Origin: Gammaproteobacteria bacterium
GTDB taxonomy: Bacteria; Pseudomonadota; Gammaproteobacteria; HIGHO2-12-38-15
DNA length: 59,523 nt
Direction: 5' to 3'
Assembly (NCBI GenBank): GCA_016218405.1
Contig: JACREE010000022.1
Span: forward strand, 1-59,523
This document shows, piece by piece, positions 41,971 to 51,383 of this stretch. Each line of letters opens with the position of its first letter. Positions within the stretch are counted from its first letter, which is position 1. The notes below the pieces were generated by a model, which ran no database searches, had not been told where the DNA came from, and worked only from the letters and a program-made list of their open reading frames with translations. The translations under genes and the position numbers were made by a program.

Positions 41971-42602
41971 GTAAAATGCCTTTTTGCATAAGAAGGGAAG
42001 TCTGTACAAATCAGTAATTTGTTTGATAAATTTTCGACACTTAAGGCATTCGTGATATATTCCCATTGCTTGTTGTATGAACGTCCGTGTAGTTCGGCTG
42101 AAACGATACAAACTGAACCGACAATACTTGTTTGAGAAATGATAACTTCTGTATTTATCCACGGTGTAAGCAATTCATCTAACCAAATTCCTTGAGCACT
42201 TAACATGAGCTTAGGATAATACTCCACATCGCTACGTCTGATAAAAGTAGGCATACCCCATTTAAAATAACCAAGGGTATCTGGTACTGACATATCAAAA
42301 ATAAAATAGTTTTTTATTGCATATTTTTGTAGTTGATCATGCAGCAGCTTCTGCAAACCATCGGATTTAATATTTAACGCCAATGTGGAGGTAAAATTAC
42401 CGTCAGTGTAATAATGCAACAATTGCTCGAGTGGAATTGCAGAACCATGTGTGGACACGTCATGAGAAATAATTAAGCGGCCATTCAAATCACGAATATC
42501 AGTTTCTAGGCCATAACCTTCATCCAGACCTTTAAATAACGCCGTTAACGTATTTTTTTCGTCTGGTTGGCACCACAGGCCTCGATGGGCTAGAATTTCC
42601 AT
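41967..42602 (-). CDS. Glycerophosphodiester phosphodiesterase-like protein
   Basis: ILAHRG, EKNT, GLETDIR, ISHD, LALNIK, ICTDFP. Confidence 0.78.
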   Translation of the reverse strand: MEILAHRGLWCQPDEKNTLTALFKGLDEGYGLETDIRDLNGRLIISHDVSTHGSAIPLEQLLHYYTDGNFTSTLALNIKSDGLQKLLHDQLQKYAIKNYFIFDMSVPDTLGYFKWGMPTFIRRSDVEYYPKLMLSAQGIWLDELLTPWINTEVIISQTSIVGSVCIVSAELHGRSYNKQWEYITNALSVENLSNKLLICTDFPSYAKRHFT

Positions 42603-42611
42603 GACGCTCCT

Positions 42612-44846
42612 CTACAAGCTAGGCATTATTTCTTTGACGGCAGGTACGTACTTTTTTGTTAGTTCTTGATTGACTGAATAATTGATCGGATATTTTTCAA
42701 TAAATCGAAATTCTTTTTCATGGATATTTTTTATAAAAATTTCATAAATCCGTGCACTCACAAATACACTAAAAATGCGATCAGGGAAGGAAATAGTAAC
42801 ATGTTGGTACCCCATCTTTTCTAAAGCCTTGAATGAGCCCACTCGATAATAAGCAATGTTCACCTTGGAGTTATCGAATAGATAGTTTTGGACAGAGTAT
42901 TTTACTGAATTTTTTGGAGAAGCTTGGCTGCTAAAATTACCCAGTATTACCGGTTCAAGAAGGGCAATGATGTCTGGCCGAACATGATAGACCGATGCGT
43001 AACCTCGTTTACGATGAAGAACGTCACCTGGGAGAAGCGGTTGAAATGGCATCGCAGTTATAGCGGGGTTACTTACGCCAAGTAGTCCTAGCATTTCACG
43101 ATTTGAAAAATACATGATGGTCGCTTCCTCGGGACTTGAAACAACAGCATCCTTTGGTAAGGTTTCATCTAAAAACTGACCCAAAGAAGCAAGGTTATCA
43201 ATCCTTTGCCAGGTGTTTTCTGTAGATTTGAAGCTTACTTGATTTACAAAAGATTGTAGTTTTTTACTGCTTAACAAACTTGCTATCGTTAAGCAAATGA
43301 TCACCGCGCAAATTATTATGAAATACTTGTGATTAAGCCATTTCTTTAAACCATTGAAAACTGCGCCATAAAGCAAGACCATAAATGTTAAACGAAGGAT
43401 CAAACCGAAGGGTAAACCATACCTATTCCAGGTAAGTGGAAACCAGTCACCACCCCCAGCAAAGTAGGGCAATATAAAGATAAAAATAATCACATTTAAA
43501 GCAAGCAATGTGTTGATATGAATTTTCCATGCAATTAACCGGCTATCTCTTTTCCAAGCAATCCAATTTATAAGATATAAAAATAATATTAATAACACGA
43601 AATAATGGAGTTTATTGCTTATTAATAAAGTATCGAGAAAATTTGTAAAGCCTGCTGAAAAATAGCCCGCATCAAGCGCAGTATTTTTAAATAAAATAGG
43701 ATTTGGAATAGCATGTCCATAGATGGCATATCTTAGGATAAGCAATACGATAAATGGAAAAAAAACAATGCTACCATGCACAGCCATACGTTTGATCGAC
43801 GATAACCCTATTTTTGTATGTGTTATGTAAGACAAGGGCTCAAAAATATAAACATACGTCATAAGAAGGGCTGCAAACAAAATTCCTTCTGTGCGCACTA
43901 ACGTCAATGTCGATAAAAAAATAAGCCCGAGTATTCGTTTTTCAGTAAACAAGATTAGGTAGCTACTTGCCAAAATCCACCCGCTGAACAGGACGGCTGA
44001 AAAGCCTGTGGCTCCAACGCTAATAACGTTAGGAGATATGCCAATAGTTAAAGCTGTTAATATCGCCCATGCTTTACTTTTAGTTAAATTGAAAACAAGA
44101 GAGTACGAAAAGACGATGACGATGATGTTTCCTAGAAGAGATGCCATGATTGAGGCATCCATGAGGTTTATTCCAAATTTTCCAAGAAGTGTAGTTATCA
44201 TCAGAGGAATAAAATCAACAGTTGCTTCGATCATCGAATGAGCGTTGATACTATAAACTCCATAGTGGAGGAGCATGTAAGCATGACGTAAATTAATAAA
44301 AAACTCATCCCATCCAGTAGAAGCGCGCATGCTGAGTAATATTGAAAGAATAGATATCAGGCTGAGTGAGGTGGGGGTGGGCCATCGTGATAGTGGATAT
44401 CTGTTTGATAATAACAGAATGCTCCCGATGGCAACAAAGAAGGCAATCATGATGCAATAAAGTTGTCGAAAAGGTATATGTTGAATAAAGTACATTTTTC
44501 CGCCAAGCAAACTTGTGGATACTGTTGTAAAAACAAGTTGATGGTCTATGCGGTAGAGGGTTGATTCAAATGTACCTGAGCAGGTTTGTAACCGATCTGG
44601 AACTAAGTCGTTTATTTGCCTATTAGGTAATACCTTACCTGGCAAATCATTTTTTATTAGTGAACAAAAAGTTTCAATTTTCTCAAAAACAATGTGGCTA
44701 AAACCAGAAGAAGGGTTGGAAAAACCATTAGAATTGTTTAGCCAGTGGACACTTACAAAAGCCATGCCCAGCAAAAAAAACCATTTTAGCTTTTTTTTGC
44801 TAAACATAGTTGAAGATAGGTTTTTAATGTATTTGTAAACTAACAT
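42612..44846 (-). CDS. Large polytopic membrane protein, probable GT-C glycosyltransferase (AftB-like loop)
   Basis: About 12 TM segments; WDEFFINLRHAYMLLHYGVYSIN...IEAT loop, LVRTEG, PNPILFK, GGDWF...RY. Confidence 0.6.
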   Translation of the reverse strand: MLVYKYIKNLSSTMFSKKKLKWFFLLGMAFVSVHWLNNSNGFSNPSSGFSHIVFEKIETFCSLIKNDLPGKVLPNRQINDLVPDRLQTCSGTFESTLYRIDHQLVFTTVSTSLLGGKMYFIQHIPFRQLYCIMIAFFVAIGSILLLSNRYPLSRWPTPTSLSLISILSILLSMRASTGWDEFFINLRHAYMLLHYGVYSINAHSMIEATVDFIPLMITTLLGKFGINLMDASIMASLLGNIIVIVFSYSLVFNLTKSKAWAILTALTIGISPNVISVGATGFSAVLFSGWILASSYLILFTEKRILGLIFLSTLTLVRTEGILFAALLMTYVYIFEPLSYITHTKIGLSSIKRMAVHGSIVFFPFIVLLILRYAIYGHAIPNPILFKNTALDAGYFSAGFTNFLDTLLISNKLHYFVLLILFLYLINWIAWKRDSRLIAWKIHINTLLALNVIIFIFILPYFAGGGDWFPLTWNRYGLPFGLILRLTFMVLLYGAVFNGLKKWLNHKYFIIICAVIICLTIASLLSSKKLQSFVNQVSFKSTENTWQRIDNLASLGQFLDETLPKDAVVSSPEEATIMYFSNREMLGLLGVSNPAITAMPFQPLLPGDVLHRKRGYASVYHVRPDIIALLEPVILGNFSSQASPKNSVKYSVQNYLFDNSKVNIAYYRVGSFKALEKMGYQHVTISFPDRIFSVFVSARIYEIFIKNIHEKEFRFIEKYPINYSVNQELTKKYVPAVKEIMPSL

Positions 44847-45300
44847 ATCTTATTAACCTTGAAGCACTAATAAAAGCTGACGCATAACGTCAAGTTTAAA
44901 CTAGCTACTTTCATCCCTTTCCTTTCAATTGTATTTATTGCCAACGCAAAAATACCGCATGAAAAATTCTAAACATCCGTATAAATTTCTATGTTGTTTC
45001 AAACGAGTTGACTCTATACTAATCGATTCCAACTTTCAACCATCTTTTCCACCAGCTTCCTCATACGCTTCAGGCTAACTCAGGACCGCTTTTTTAGTGA
45101 TTTGCAAGAAGTTCAGCGCTGTTTTTTTAATGATGGGTCTATTTCTGCGCCCCTTGACAGTTTCAGTAATCCATTTAAGATTCCGTATACTCGCGGGAGC
45201 ATTTCAAAGCAATATGATCACCGTTTGGATGATTAAATTAGTCAAGATTATTGGGGATACATATACGTAAATTAATCCTCTATGGCTAGCACAATTAGAA

Positions 45301-46791
45301 ATGTTAACAGCCACCAGGTTTGATTCAAGGATGAATGAGATGCAAAGCGGGCTTGCAGAATCGAAGTTACCATTGGTGGTGGACCTGGACGGCACGTTAA
45401 TCAAGACCAAATTACTGTTTGAGTTAGCCAATCAATATCTTATATCTAAACCATTGCATTTTTTTAAAATGGCGTATTGGTTTTTGAAAGGAAAAAAGGC
45501 GCTTAAACACCATCTTAATAAGATATCAATTGACATTTCAATGTTGCCATACAACCAGAAACTACTTGATTGGATAAAAACTCAAAAAAATGAAAAAGGG
45601 CGAAAAATTATTTTGGCTACCGCAAATCATTTTTCGTTGGCTGAGCAGGTAGCTGCTTATCATAAATTATTTGATGAAGTTTTTGGAACGGATTCTAATA
45701 CAAACCTAAAAGCCGAAAAGAAACGTGATTTTCTTGTCGGTAAATATGGTGAAGGAGGGTATGATTATGTTGGTGGCAGTGTGGCTGATTTGCTTGTTTG
45801 GGAATCAGCAGCCAATGCCGTTGTAATCAGTAATAACAAAACGCTCATAAAAAAAATTCAACAATATAATAACTGTGTTTCGGTATTTAGTTCAGATAAG
45901 CCTGCTGTATTATTTGCATTACTTAAATTACTGCGACCCCATCAGTGGTTAAAAAATTTATTGGTCATGTTGCCTTTATTTGCAGCACAATTATATTGTA
46001 ATGAAGCTAAGCTTATTAGTGCGATCATGGCATTTGTTATGTTTAGTCTGACAGCCTCTAGTGTTTATGTGCTTAATGATTTAATAGACCTTAATAATGA
46101 CAGGCGTCATGAACGAAAAAGATGCAGGCCTTTTGCATCAGGTAATCTCAGTATAGTCATTGGATGGATAATATGGCCTTTACTGCTTTTAAGTTCGTTT
46201 GGACTAACTTATTTTATGCTGCCAGTGAGTTTTCTGATAACGTTAGCCGTTTATTTCTTGCTTACATTTGCTTATTCATTAAAGTTGAAACAAATTGCGG
46301 TGTTAGATGTGTTAACACTGGCAGGTTTGTATACCATGCGAATTATCGCTGGTACAACTGCGATTGCAGTAAGTTTTTCATTTTGGTTGTTAACTTTTGC
46401 AATGTTTGTTTTTTTCAGTCTGGCGCTTATTAAGCGATTTAGTGAGCTAAAGGCTGCGCAAGTAAAAGACAAAGAAGGTCTACTGCCTGGGCGTGGTTAT
46501 TATCCTGGTGATTTAGAACTGGTTGCAAGTCTGGGCGCAGCCTCGGGATATATCTCCGTTTTGGTGTTGGCGCTTTATATTCAAGACAATACGGCTCTTT
46601 ATCTTTATCATGTACCCCAACTGCTTTGGTTAGCATGCCCATTATTGTTATTTTGGATTTCATTTAGTTGGCTAATTGCCCATCGTGGACAAATGCATGA
46701 TGATCCTATTGTATTTGCAATGAAAAATCCCGTGAGTCTAATTGTTGCATGCTTATTTGTTGGAATATTTGTACTTGCAAAATTTATTTAA
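45301..46791 (+). CDS. HAD-UbiA fusion: polyprenyl-phosphate phosphoribosyltransferase with N-terminal phosphatase domain
   Basis: PLVVDLDGTL; LRPHQWLKN; NDLIDLNNDRRHERKRCRPFASG; HDDPIVFA; true start may be ATG 45340. Confidence 0.88.
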   Translation: MLTATRFDSRMNEMQSGLAESKLPLVVDLDGTLIKTKLLFELANQYLISKPLHFFKMAYWFLKGKKALKHHLNKISIDISMLPYNQKLLDWIKTQKNEKGRKIILATANHFSLAEQVAAYHKLFDEVFGTDSNTNLKAEKKRDFLVGKYGEGGYDYVGGSVADLLVWESAANAVVISNNKTLIKKIQQYNNCVSVFSSDKPAVLFALLKLLRPHQWLKNLLVMLPLFAAQLYCNEAKLISAIMAFVMFSLTASSVYVLNDLIDLNNDRRHERKRCRPFASGNLSIVIGWIIWPLLLLSSFGLTYFMLPVSFLITLAVYFLLTFAYSLKLKQIAVLDVLTLAGLYTMRIIAGTTAIAVSFSFWLLTFAMFVFFSLALIKRFSELKAAQVKDKEGLLPGRGYYPGDLELVASLGAASGYISVLVLALYIQDNTALYLYHVPQLLWLACPLLLFWISFSWLIAHRGQMHDDPIVFAMKNPVSLIVACLFVGIFVLAKFI

Positions 46792-46797
46792 ATAAAG

Positions 46798-48126
46798 GTG
46801 ATTTGTGTATATGAAAATAATTTTATGTTGATGCAAGGTTGGGGGCGTTACCCAAAAATAGAAGCGGAGTTATTGCAACCTTTGACGATCACCGATTGCA
46901 AAAATTTTGTTAAAAATACTTCATCTCTGATAGCTCGTGGATTGGGACGAAGTTACGGTGATAGTTCTCTTGCGAATAATATATTGGGAATGAAATATTT
47001 AAATCATTTTTTAACTTTTGATAAGATTGCGGGTGTTATTTGTTGTGGCGCTGGCGTGTCGATTAATGAATTATTAAACACAAGCATACCTCATGGCTGG
47101 TTTTTACCGGTAACCCCAGGTACGCGTTATGTTACGATTGGGGGTGCTATCGCAAGTGATGTACATGGTAAAAATCATCACCATGAAGGGGCGTTCAGTG
47201 GATATGTAATAAATTTACAATTATTACTGAGCAACGGTGAGATAGTCACTGCATCGGCCACAGAGCATAGTGATTTATTCAAAGCAACTTGTGGAGGCAT
47301 GGGTTTAACGGGCATCATTTTGTCTGCAAATATTAAGCTTAAACCCATTAAATCTAGTTGTATTTTGCAAACAACTATCAAGAGCTATTGTTTAGATGAA
47401 GCTTTGGAGAAATTTGAACAATGTTCTAAAAGTTCATATTCCGTTGCATGGATTGATTGCTTGGCAACCGGCAAACACTTAGGGCGTTCCGTGCTTACCT
47501 TAGGCGAACATGCTGAAAATGGGACGCTAACTAGAGAAAAAAGCAGCACCATCCCTGTTTTTTTTGACTTGCCTGGATGTTTCCTCACTAGTAAGTCGAT
47601 AAAAGCATTCAACCTATTTTATCACGGAAAAATTAGTCAAAAAACCGAAACTAAACTAATTAAATTTAATTCTTTTTTTTATCCTTTAGATAACTTACGT
47701 AACTGGAATTACTTGTATGGTAAACAAGGTTTTATACAATACCAATTTGTTTTGCCAAAAGTGGCTAGCGCTGTGGGTCTTAAGCAAATATTAGGTCGCA
47801 TTGCTCAATCAGGAAAAGGTTCCTTCTTGGCAGTGCTTAAACTACTAGGAAAAGAAAATAACAATTTTATTTCATTTCCAATGGAGGGTTACACTCTTGC
47901 TCTGGATTTTAAAATAACAGCAGGATTGCTGGAATTATTAGAGGAGCTTGATAGGATGGTTTTAAATTTTGGTGGCAGAATTTACCTTGCAAAGGATGCA
48001 AGAATGACTGAGAAAACATTCAAATCAAGTTATCCTTGCTGGATTGATTTTGAATCAGTTCGAGAAAAATATGGTGCAATCGGAAAATTTTCATCACAAC
48101 AATCAAAACGTATTGGACTACAATGA
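46798..48126 (+). CDS. DprE1-like FAD-dependent polyprenylphosphoryl-ribose 2'-oxidase
   Basis: GWGRYP, IARGLGRSYGD, PVTPGTRYVTIGGAIASDVHGKNHH, YSVAWID, GGRIYLAKD; start may be ATG 46825 or 46831. Confidence 0.9.
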   Translation: MICVYENNFMLMQGWGRYPKIEAELLQPLTITDCKNFVKNTSSLIARGLGRSYGDSSLANNILGMKYLNHFLTFDKIAGVICCGAGVSINELLNTSIPHGWFLPVTPGTRYVTIGGAIASDVHGKNHHHEGAFSGYVINLQLLLSNGEIVTASATEHSDLFKATCGGMGLTGIILSANIKLKPIKSSCILQTTIKSYCLDEALEKFEQCSKSSYSVAWIDCLATGKHLGRSVLTLGEHAENGTLTREKSSTIPVFFDLPGCFLTSKSIKAFNLFYHGKISQKTETKLIKFNSFFYPLDNLRNWNYLYGKQGFIQYQFVLPKVASAVGLKQILGRIAQSGKGSFLAVLKLLGKENNNFISFPMEGYTLALDFKITAGLLELLEELDRMVLNFGGRIYLAKDARMTEKTFKSSYPCWIDFESVREKYGAIGKFSSQQSKRIGLQ

Positions 48127-48863
48127 AAAAAATACTAATCATTGGTGCTACATCGGCAATAGCGGAAGCAACAGCGCAATTATGGGCCGCTGAGGGAAAC
48201 TCTTTTTATTTGATAGCTCGCAATAAGGAGCGATTATCATCCATAGAAGCTGATTTAATGGTTCGCGGTGCAAAGTCAGTACAGACTATGACGCTTGATT
48301 TAAATAATTTTAAGCAACATGATGCTGTTATTAAAGAGGCATTTATGGTTATGGAAGGGATTGACATTGCTCTGATTGCACATGGCACATTAAGTAAGCA
48401 AAAAGAGTGTGAAAAAGATTTCGATAAAACATTATTTGAAATCAATACAAATGCCATTAGCACTATCTCGTTACTGACTCATTTGGCCAATCATTTCGAA
48501 TCACAAAAATATGGTACGATTGCTGTGATTAGTTCTGTCGCTGCAGATAGAGGACGAGCTTCAAATTATGTGTATGGTGCTGCAAAAGCCGCGATAAACA
48601 CATATTGTTCTGGTCTTCGCGCCCGTCTTTTTAGAGATAATATACATGTTCTTGTTATCAAACCTGGGTTTGTTTCTACGCCTATGACTGCTAATTTAAA
48701 TTTACCTCGATTACTTACTGTTAGTGCCAGGTATGTAGCAAGAGATATTAAACATGCAATAAGAAAACAAAAAAATGAAATTTATACACCTTGGTATTGG
48801 GCTTGGATAATGCTGATTATTCGTTGTCTGCATACTGATATTTTTAAAAAAATACGCTTGTAA
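48123..48863 (+). CDS. DprE2-like short-chain reductase
   Basis: LIIGATSAIA, SSVAADRGRASNYVYGAAKA, KPGFV; ATGA-coupled to the DprE1-like gene. Confidence 0.85.
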   Translation: MKKILIIGATSAIAEATAQLWAAEGNSFYLIARNKERLSSIEADLMVRGAKSVQTMTLDLNNFKQHDAVIKEAFMVMEGIDIALIAHGTLSKQKECEKDFDKTLFEINTNAISTISLLTHLANHFESQKYGTIAVISSVAADRGRASNYVYGAAKAAINTYCSGLRARLFRDNIHVLVIKPGFVSTPMTANLNLPRLLTVSARYVARDIKHAIRKQKNEIYTPWYWAWIMLIIRCLHTDIFKKIRL

Positions 48864-48883
48864 CTATCTTAAAGAGGAATGCT

Positions 48884-50455
48884 ATGATGAATACTATCAG
48901 GTTAAACATCAGATTTTTTGATGTAGGAGCAGCATTTTTAATAGCATTTCTTTTAGGGTTGGCAACCATATTTTTCGCTACTGAATCTGATTCTGGGTAC
49001 TTTTGGCTAGGTGCAAAGTTAGTTAGAGAAGGGTATGTTCCTTATCTTGATTTTTTCCAATTTCAATACCCGCCAGGCGAGCTTTATTTTTTCGCACCAT
49101 TCGTTAATTTATTTCCATCGATCATCACTCAAAGAATTTTGTTTGTGATTATACTAGTTGGAGCTATTTTTTGGGCTGGTCTACTTTTATCTAACAACTT
49201 AAAAATCAGGATGCAATCTTTTGCTTCTACTGCACTTGTTCTTTTATTTTCAAATTTCATAATAGTGGCACAGTTGATTCAACTTGGTTCAAAAACAGCG
49301 GTAACAGCTGCCTCTTTGACATTAATGACAGTTTATGTTTATAGGTATCTATATGGATTAGGAAATCAAATCCACAACACCTTTGGATTGATTTTTTTTA
49401 CATTTTTATTTTCGAGTTTCAAATTAACTCATTTGTTCATTGTGCCTATTTCTTTTTCTCTTATTTTTATTTTTAGTCAAACAAGCAAACAAGCAGTAAA
49501 AGTGAAAGCAACTCAAGCATTAATAGGTGCGTTTTTGATTTCCGGGGCATTTACGGCCCTTTTCTTCTTGGAGCCTGGTGGGTATATAAAAGAACAAGCT
49601 TATATTGCTCTAACAATGAATTTCCCGCATCCAACATCCAGGTTTTCTTTTATAAATATCGCGAATGCAATTTTAATATTGACAGAATATTTTGGTGTCA
49701 TTGCTATCTACCTTTTTATTTTATTAAAAAACGATGAAGAAAAAAATTGGTCATTTCTAACGGTATTTTTAATTTTTATCTTTACATATGTTTTTGTCAC
49801 TACTTTTTCATCACCTGGTTTTAATCTGTCATATATTGATGCCAGCATGCTCCCATTAACTATTTTAGTCGCTTCTGAGCGCTCAAAGCTTTTGAGTAAA
49901 AGTAAAAAAATATGTTATCGTGGGTTTTGGGGGTTGATAGCTTTAATTATTATCTTAAATTTTGTCATTGCATCAAGAAGAACTTACAGTGTTGAACTTT
50001 TTGGTCACCCAGCTCTATACAATCCATCTGAATCTATAACTAGTTACGGTGGTATAGGCCAGCAGAATGATTTTAATAAAGCAGCTAATTTTATCAAACA
50101 ATTTTCTAACAAATATGACCCTTGGGATCAGTTGGTGTATGTTGCATTGAGATACCCACAACCTGTTCTGATGGCAAACAAAAAAATGTCTTTTTTCTCC
50201 GTGTCAGGTAATAATTTTTATCAAATTCCTATGAATGTGAATTTTGCTCAAAAGAATCATATTATAAGTGACGAAGTCCTTTGGGATTTGATGTGCAGCG
50301 ATAAGATCCTTGCTTTTGTCGTAAGTGCTTCTATGGATATGGATAGACTTGAACAGATAAATCATATGCACCATGACCAGTTAAAATTACGACTTCTTTT
50401 TTCGAATAATACAATTAATATTGTAAAGATGGAAAAAAAGGTGCATAAAAAATGA
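48884..50455 (+). CDS. Polytopic membrane protein, probable GT-C pentofuranosyltransferase
   Basis: First loop DSGYFWLGAKLVREGYVPYLDFFQFQYPPG is typical of GT-C enzymes; about 11 TM segments plus a soluble C-terminus; operon context. Confidence 0.62.
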   Translation: MMNTIRLNIRFFDVGAAFLIAFLLGLATIFFATESDSGYFWLGAKLVREGYVPYLDFFQFQYPPGELYFFAPFVNLFPSIITQRILFVIILVGAIFWAGLLLSNNLKIRMQSFASTALVLLFSNFIIVAQLIQLGSKTAVTAASLTLMTVYVYRYLYGLGNQIHNTFGLIFFTFLFSSFKLTHLFIVPISFSLIFIFSQTSKQAVKVKATQALIGAFLISGAFTALFFLEPGGYIKEQAYIALTMNFPHPTSRFSFINIANAILILTEYFGVIAIYLFILLKNDEEKNWSFLTVFLIFIFTYVFVTTFSSPGFNLSYIDASMLPLTILVASERSKLLSKSKKICYRGFWGLIALIIILNFVIASRRTYSVELFGHPALYNPSESITSYGGIGQQNDFNKAANFIKQFSNKYDPWDQLVYVALRYPQPVLMANKKMSFFSVSGNNFYQIPMNVNFAQKNHIISDEVLWDLMCSDKILAFVVSASMDMDRLEQINHMHHDQLKLRLLFSNNTINIVKMEKKVHKK

Positions 50456-51381
50456 AGATAATATTGCCAGGCGGGGCAGGTTTGGTGGGGCAAAATTTGG
50501 TTATACTCCTAAAGGCGCGTGGATTTACTGATATTGTTGTTTTAGATAAGCATCGTGTTAATTTGGCAATTTTTCAAAAATTGCATCCTGATGTTATTGC
50601 TCACTATGCCGATTTTGCTGAACAAGGTAACTGGACATCTCAGTTTAAAGACGCAGATGTTGTTGTGATGTTGCAGGCTCAAATTGGTGGCAATAACCCC
50701 CAGCAGTTTATCAGAAATAATATAGACAGTACTCGACTGATACTCGATCAAATCAAATACTATAAGATTAGTCGATTGATTCACGTTAGTTCATCTGTTA
50801 CTGAGTCTAGCGCAGATGATTTCTACACTAACACAAAAAAAGAACAAGAAAGTTTGGTGGTTAAGAGTGGTATTCCGAGTGTAATTCTTCGACCAACATT
50901 GATGTTTGGTTGGTTTGATCGCAAGCATTTAGGATGGTTATCTCGTTTCATGCAAAAATCGCCTATTTTTCCGATACCAGGAAAAGGACAATACCCAAGA
51001 CAACCATTATTCGTGCGTGATTTTTGTAATATTATTATCAGTTGTATTGAGAATAAAAATTATAATGGTATTTATAATATTTCCGGATACGAGTACATTA
51101 ACTATATTGATGTGGTGTTTGAAATTAAAAAAGCCATTAAAGCTAAATCCAAAATTCTCAAGCTGCCGTATAAATTTTTTTATGCATTACTCAGAGTGTG
51201 GGAATTTTTTGATAATAACCCTCCTTTTACTACCCAACAATTAGCTGCTTTGGTTGCTAAAGATAATTTTGAAGTAATTGATTGGCCAAGTATTTTTAAT
51301 GTTTCACCCACCCCATTTTCAATGGCAATTCATGAAACATTTAACGATTCAAGATATGGGAAAATAGTTTTGGAGTTTTAA
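50452..51381 (+). CDS. NAD(P)-dependent epimerase/reductase (SDR)
   Basis: LPGGAGLVGQN, HVSSS, YTNTK, LRPTLMFG; ATGA-coupled to the GT-C gene. Confidence 0.85.
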   Translation: MKIILPGGAGLVGQNLVILLKARGFTDIVVLDKHRVNLAIFQKLHPDVIAHYADFAEQGNWTSQFKDADVVVMLQAQIGGNNPQQFIRNNIDSTRLILDQIKYYKISRLIHVSSSVTESSADDFYTNTKKEQESLVVKSGIPSVILRPTLMFGWFDRKHLGWLSRFMQKSPIFPIPGKGQYPRQPLFVRDFCNIIISCIENKNYNGIYNISGYEYINYIDVVFEIKKAIKAKSKILKLPYKFFYALLRVWEFFDNNPPFTTQQLAALVAKDNFEVIDWPSIFNVSPTPFSMAIHETFNDSRYGKIVLEF

Positions 51382-51383
51382 AC

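Noticed and set aside
44847-45300. Possible small flippase gene or pseudogene in the long divergent gap
   Set aside because: The frames I translated were short and not hydrophobic; nothing recognisable
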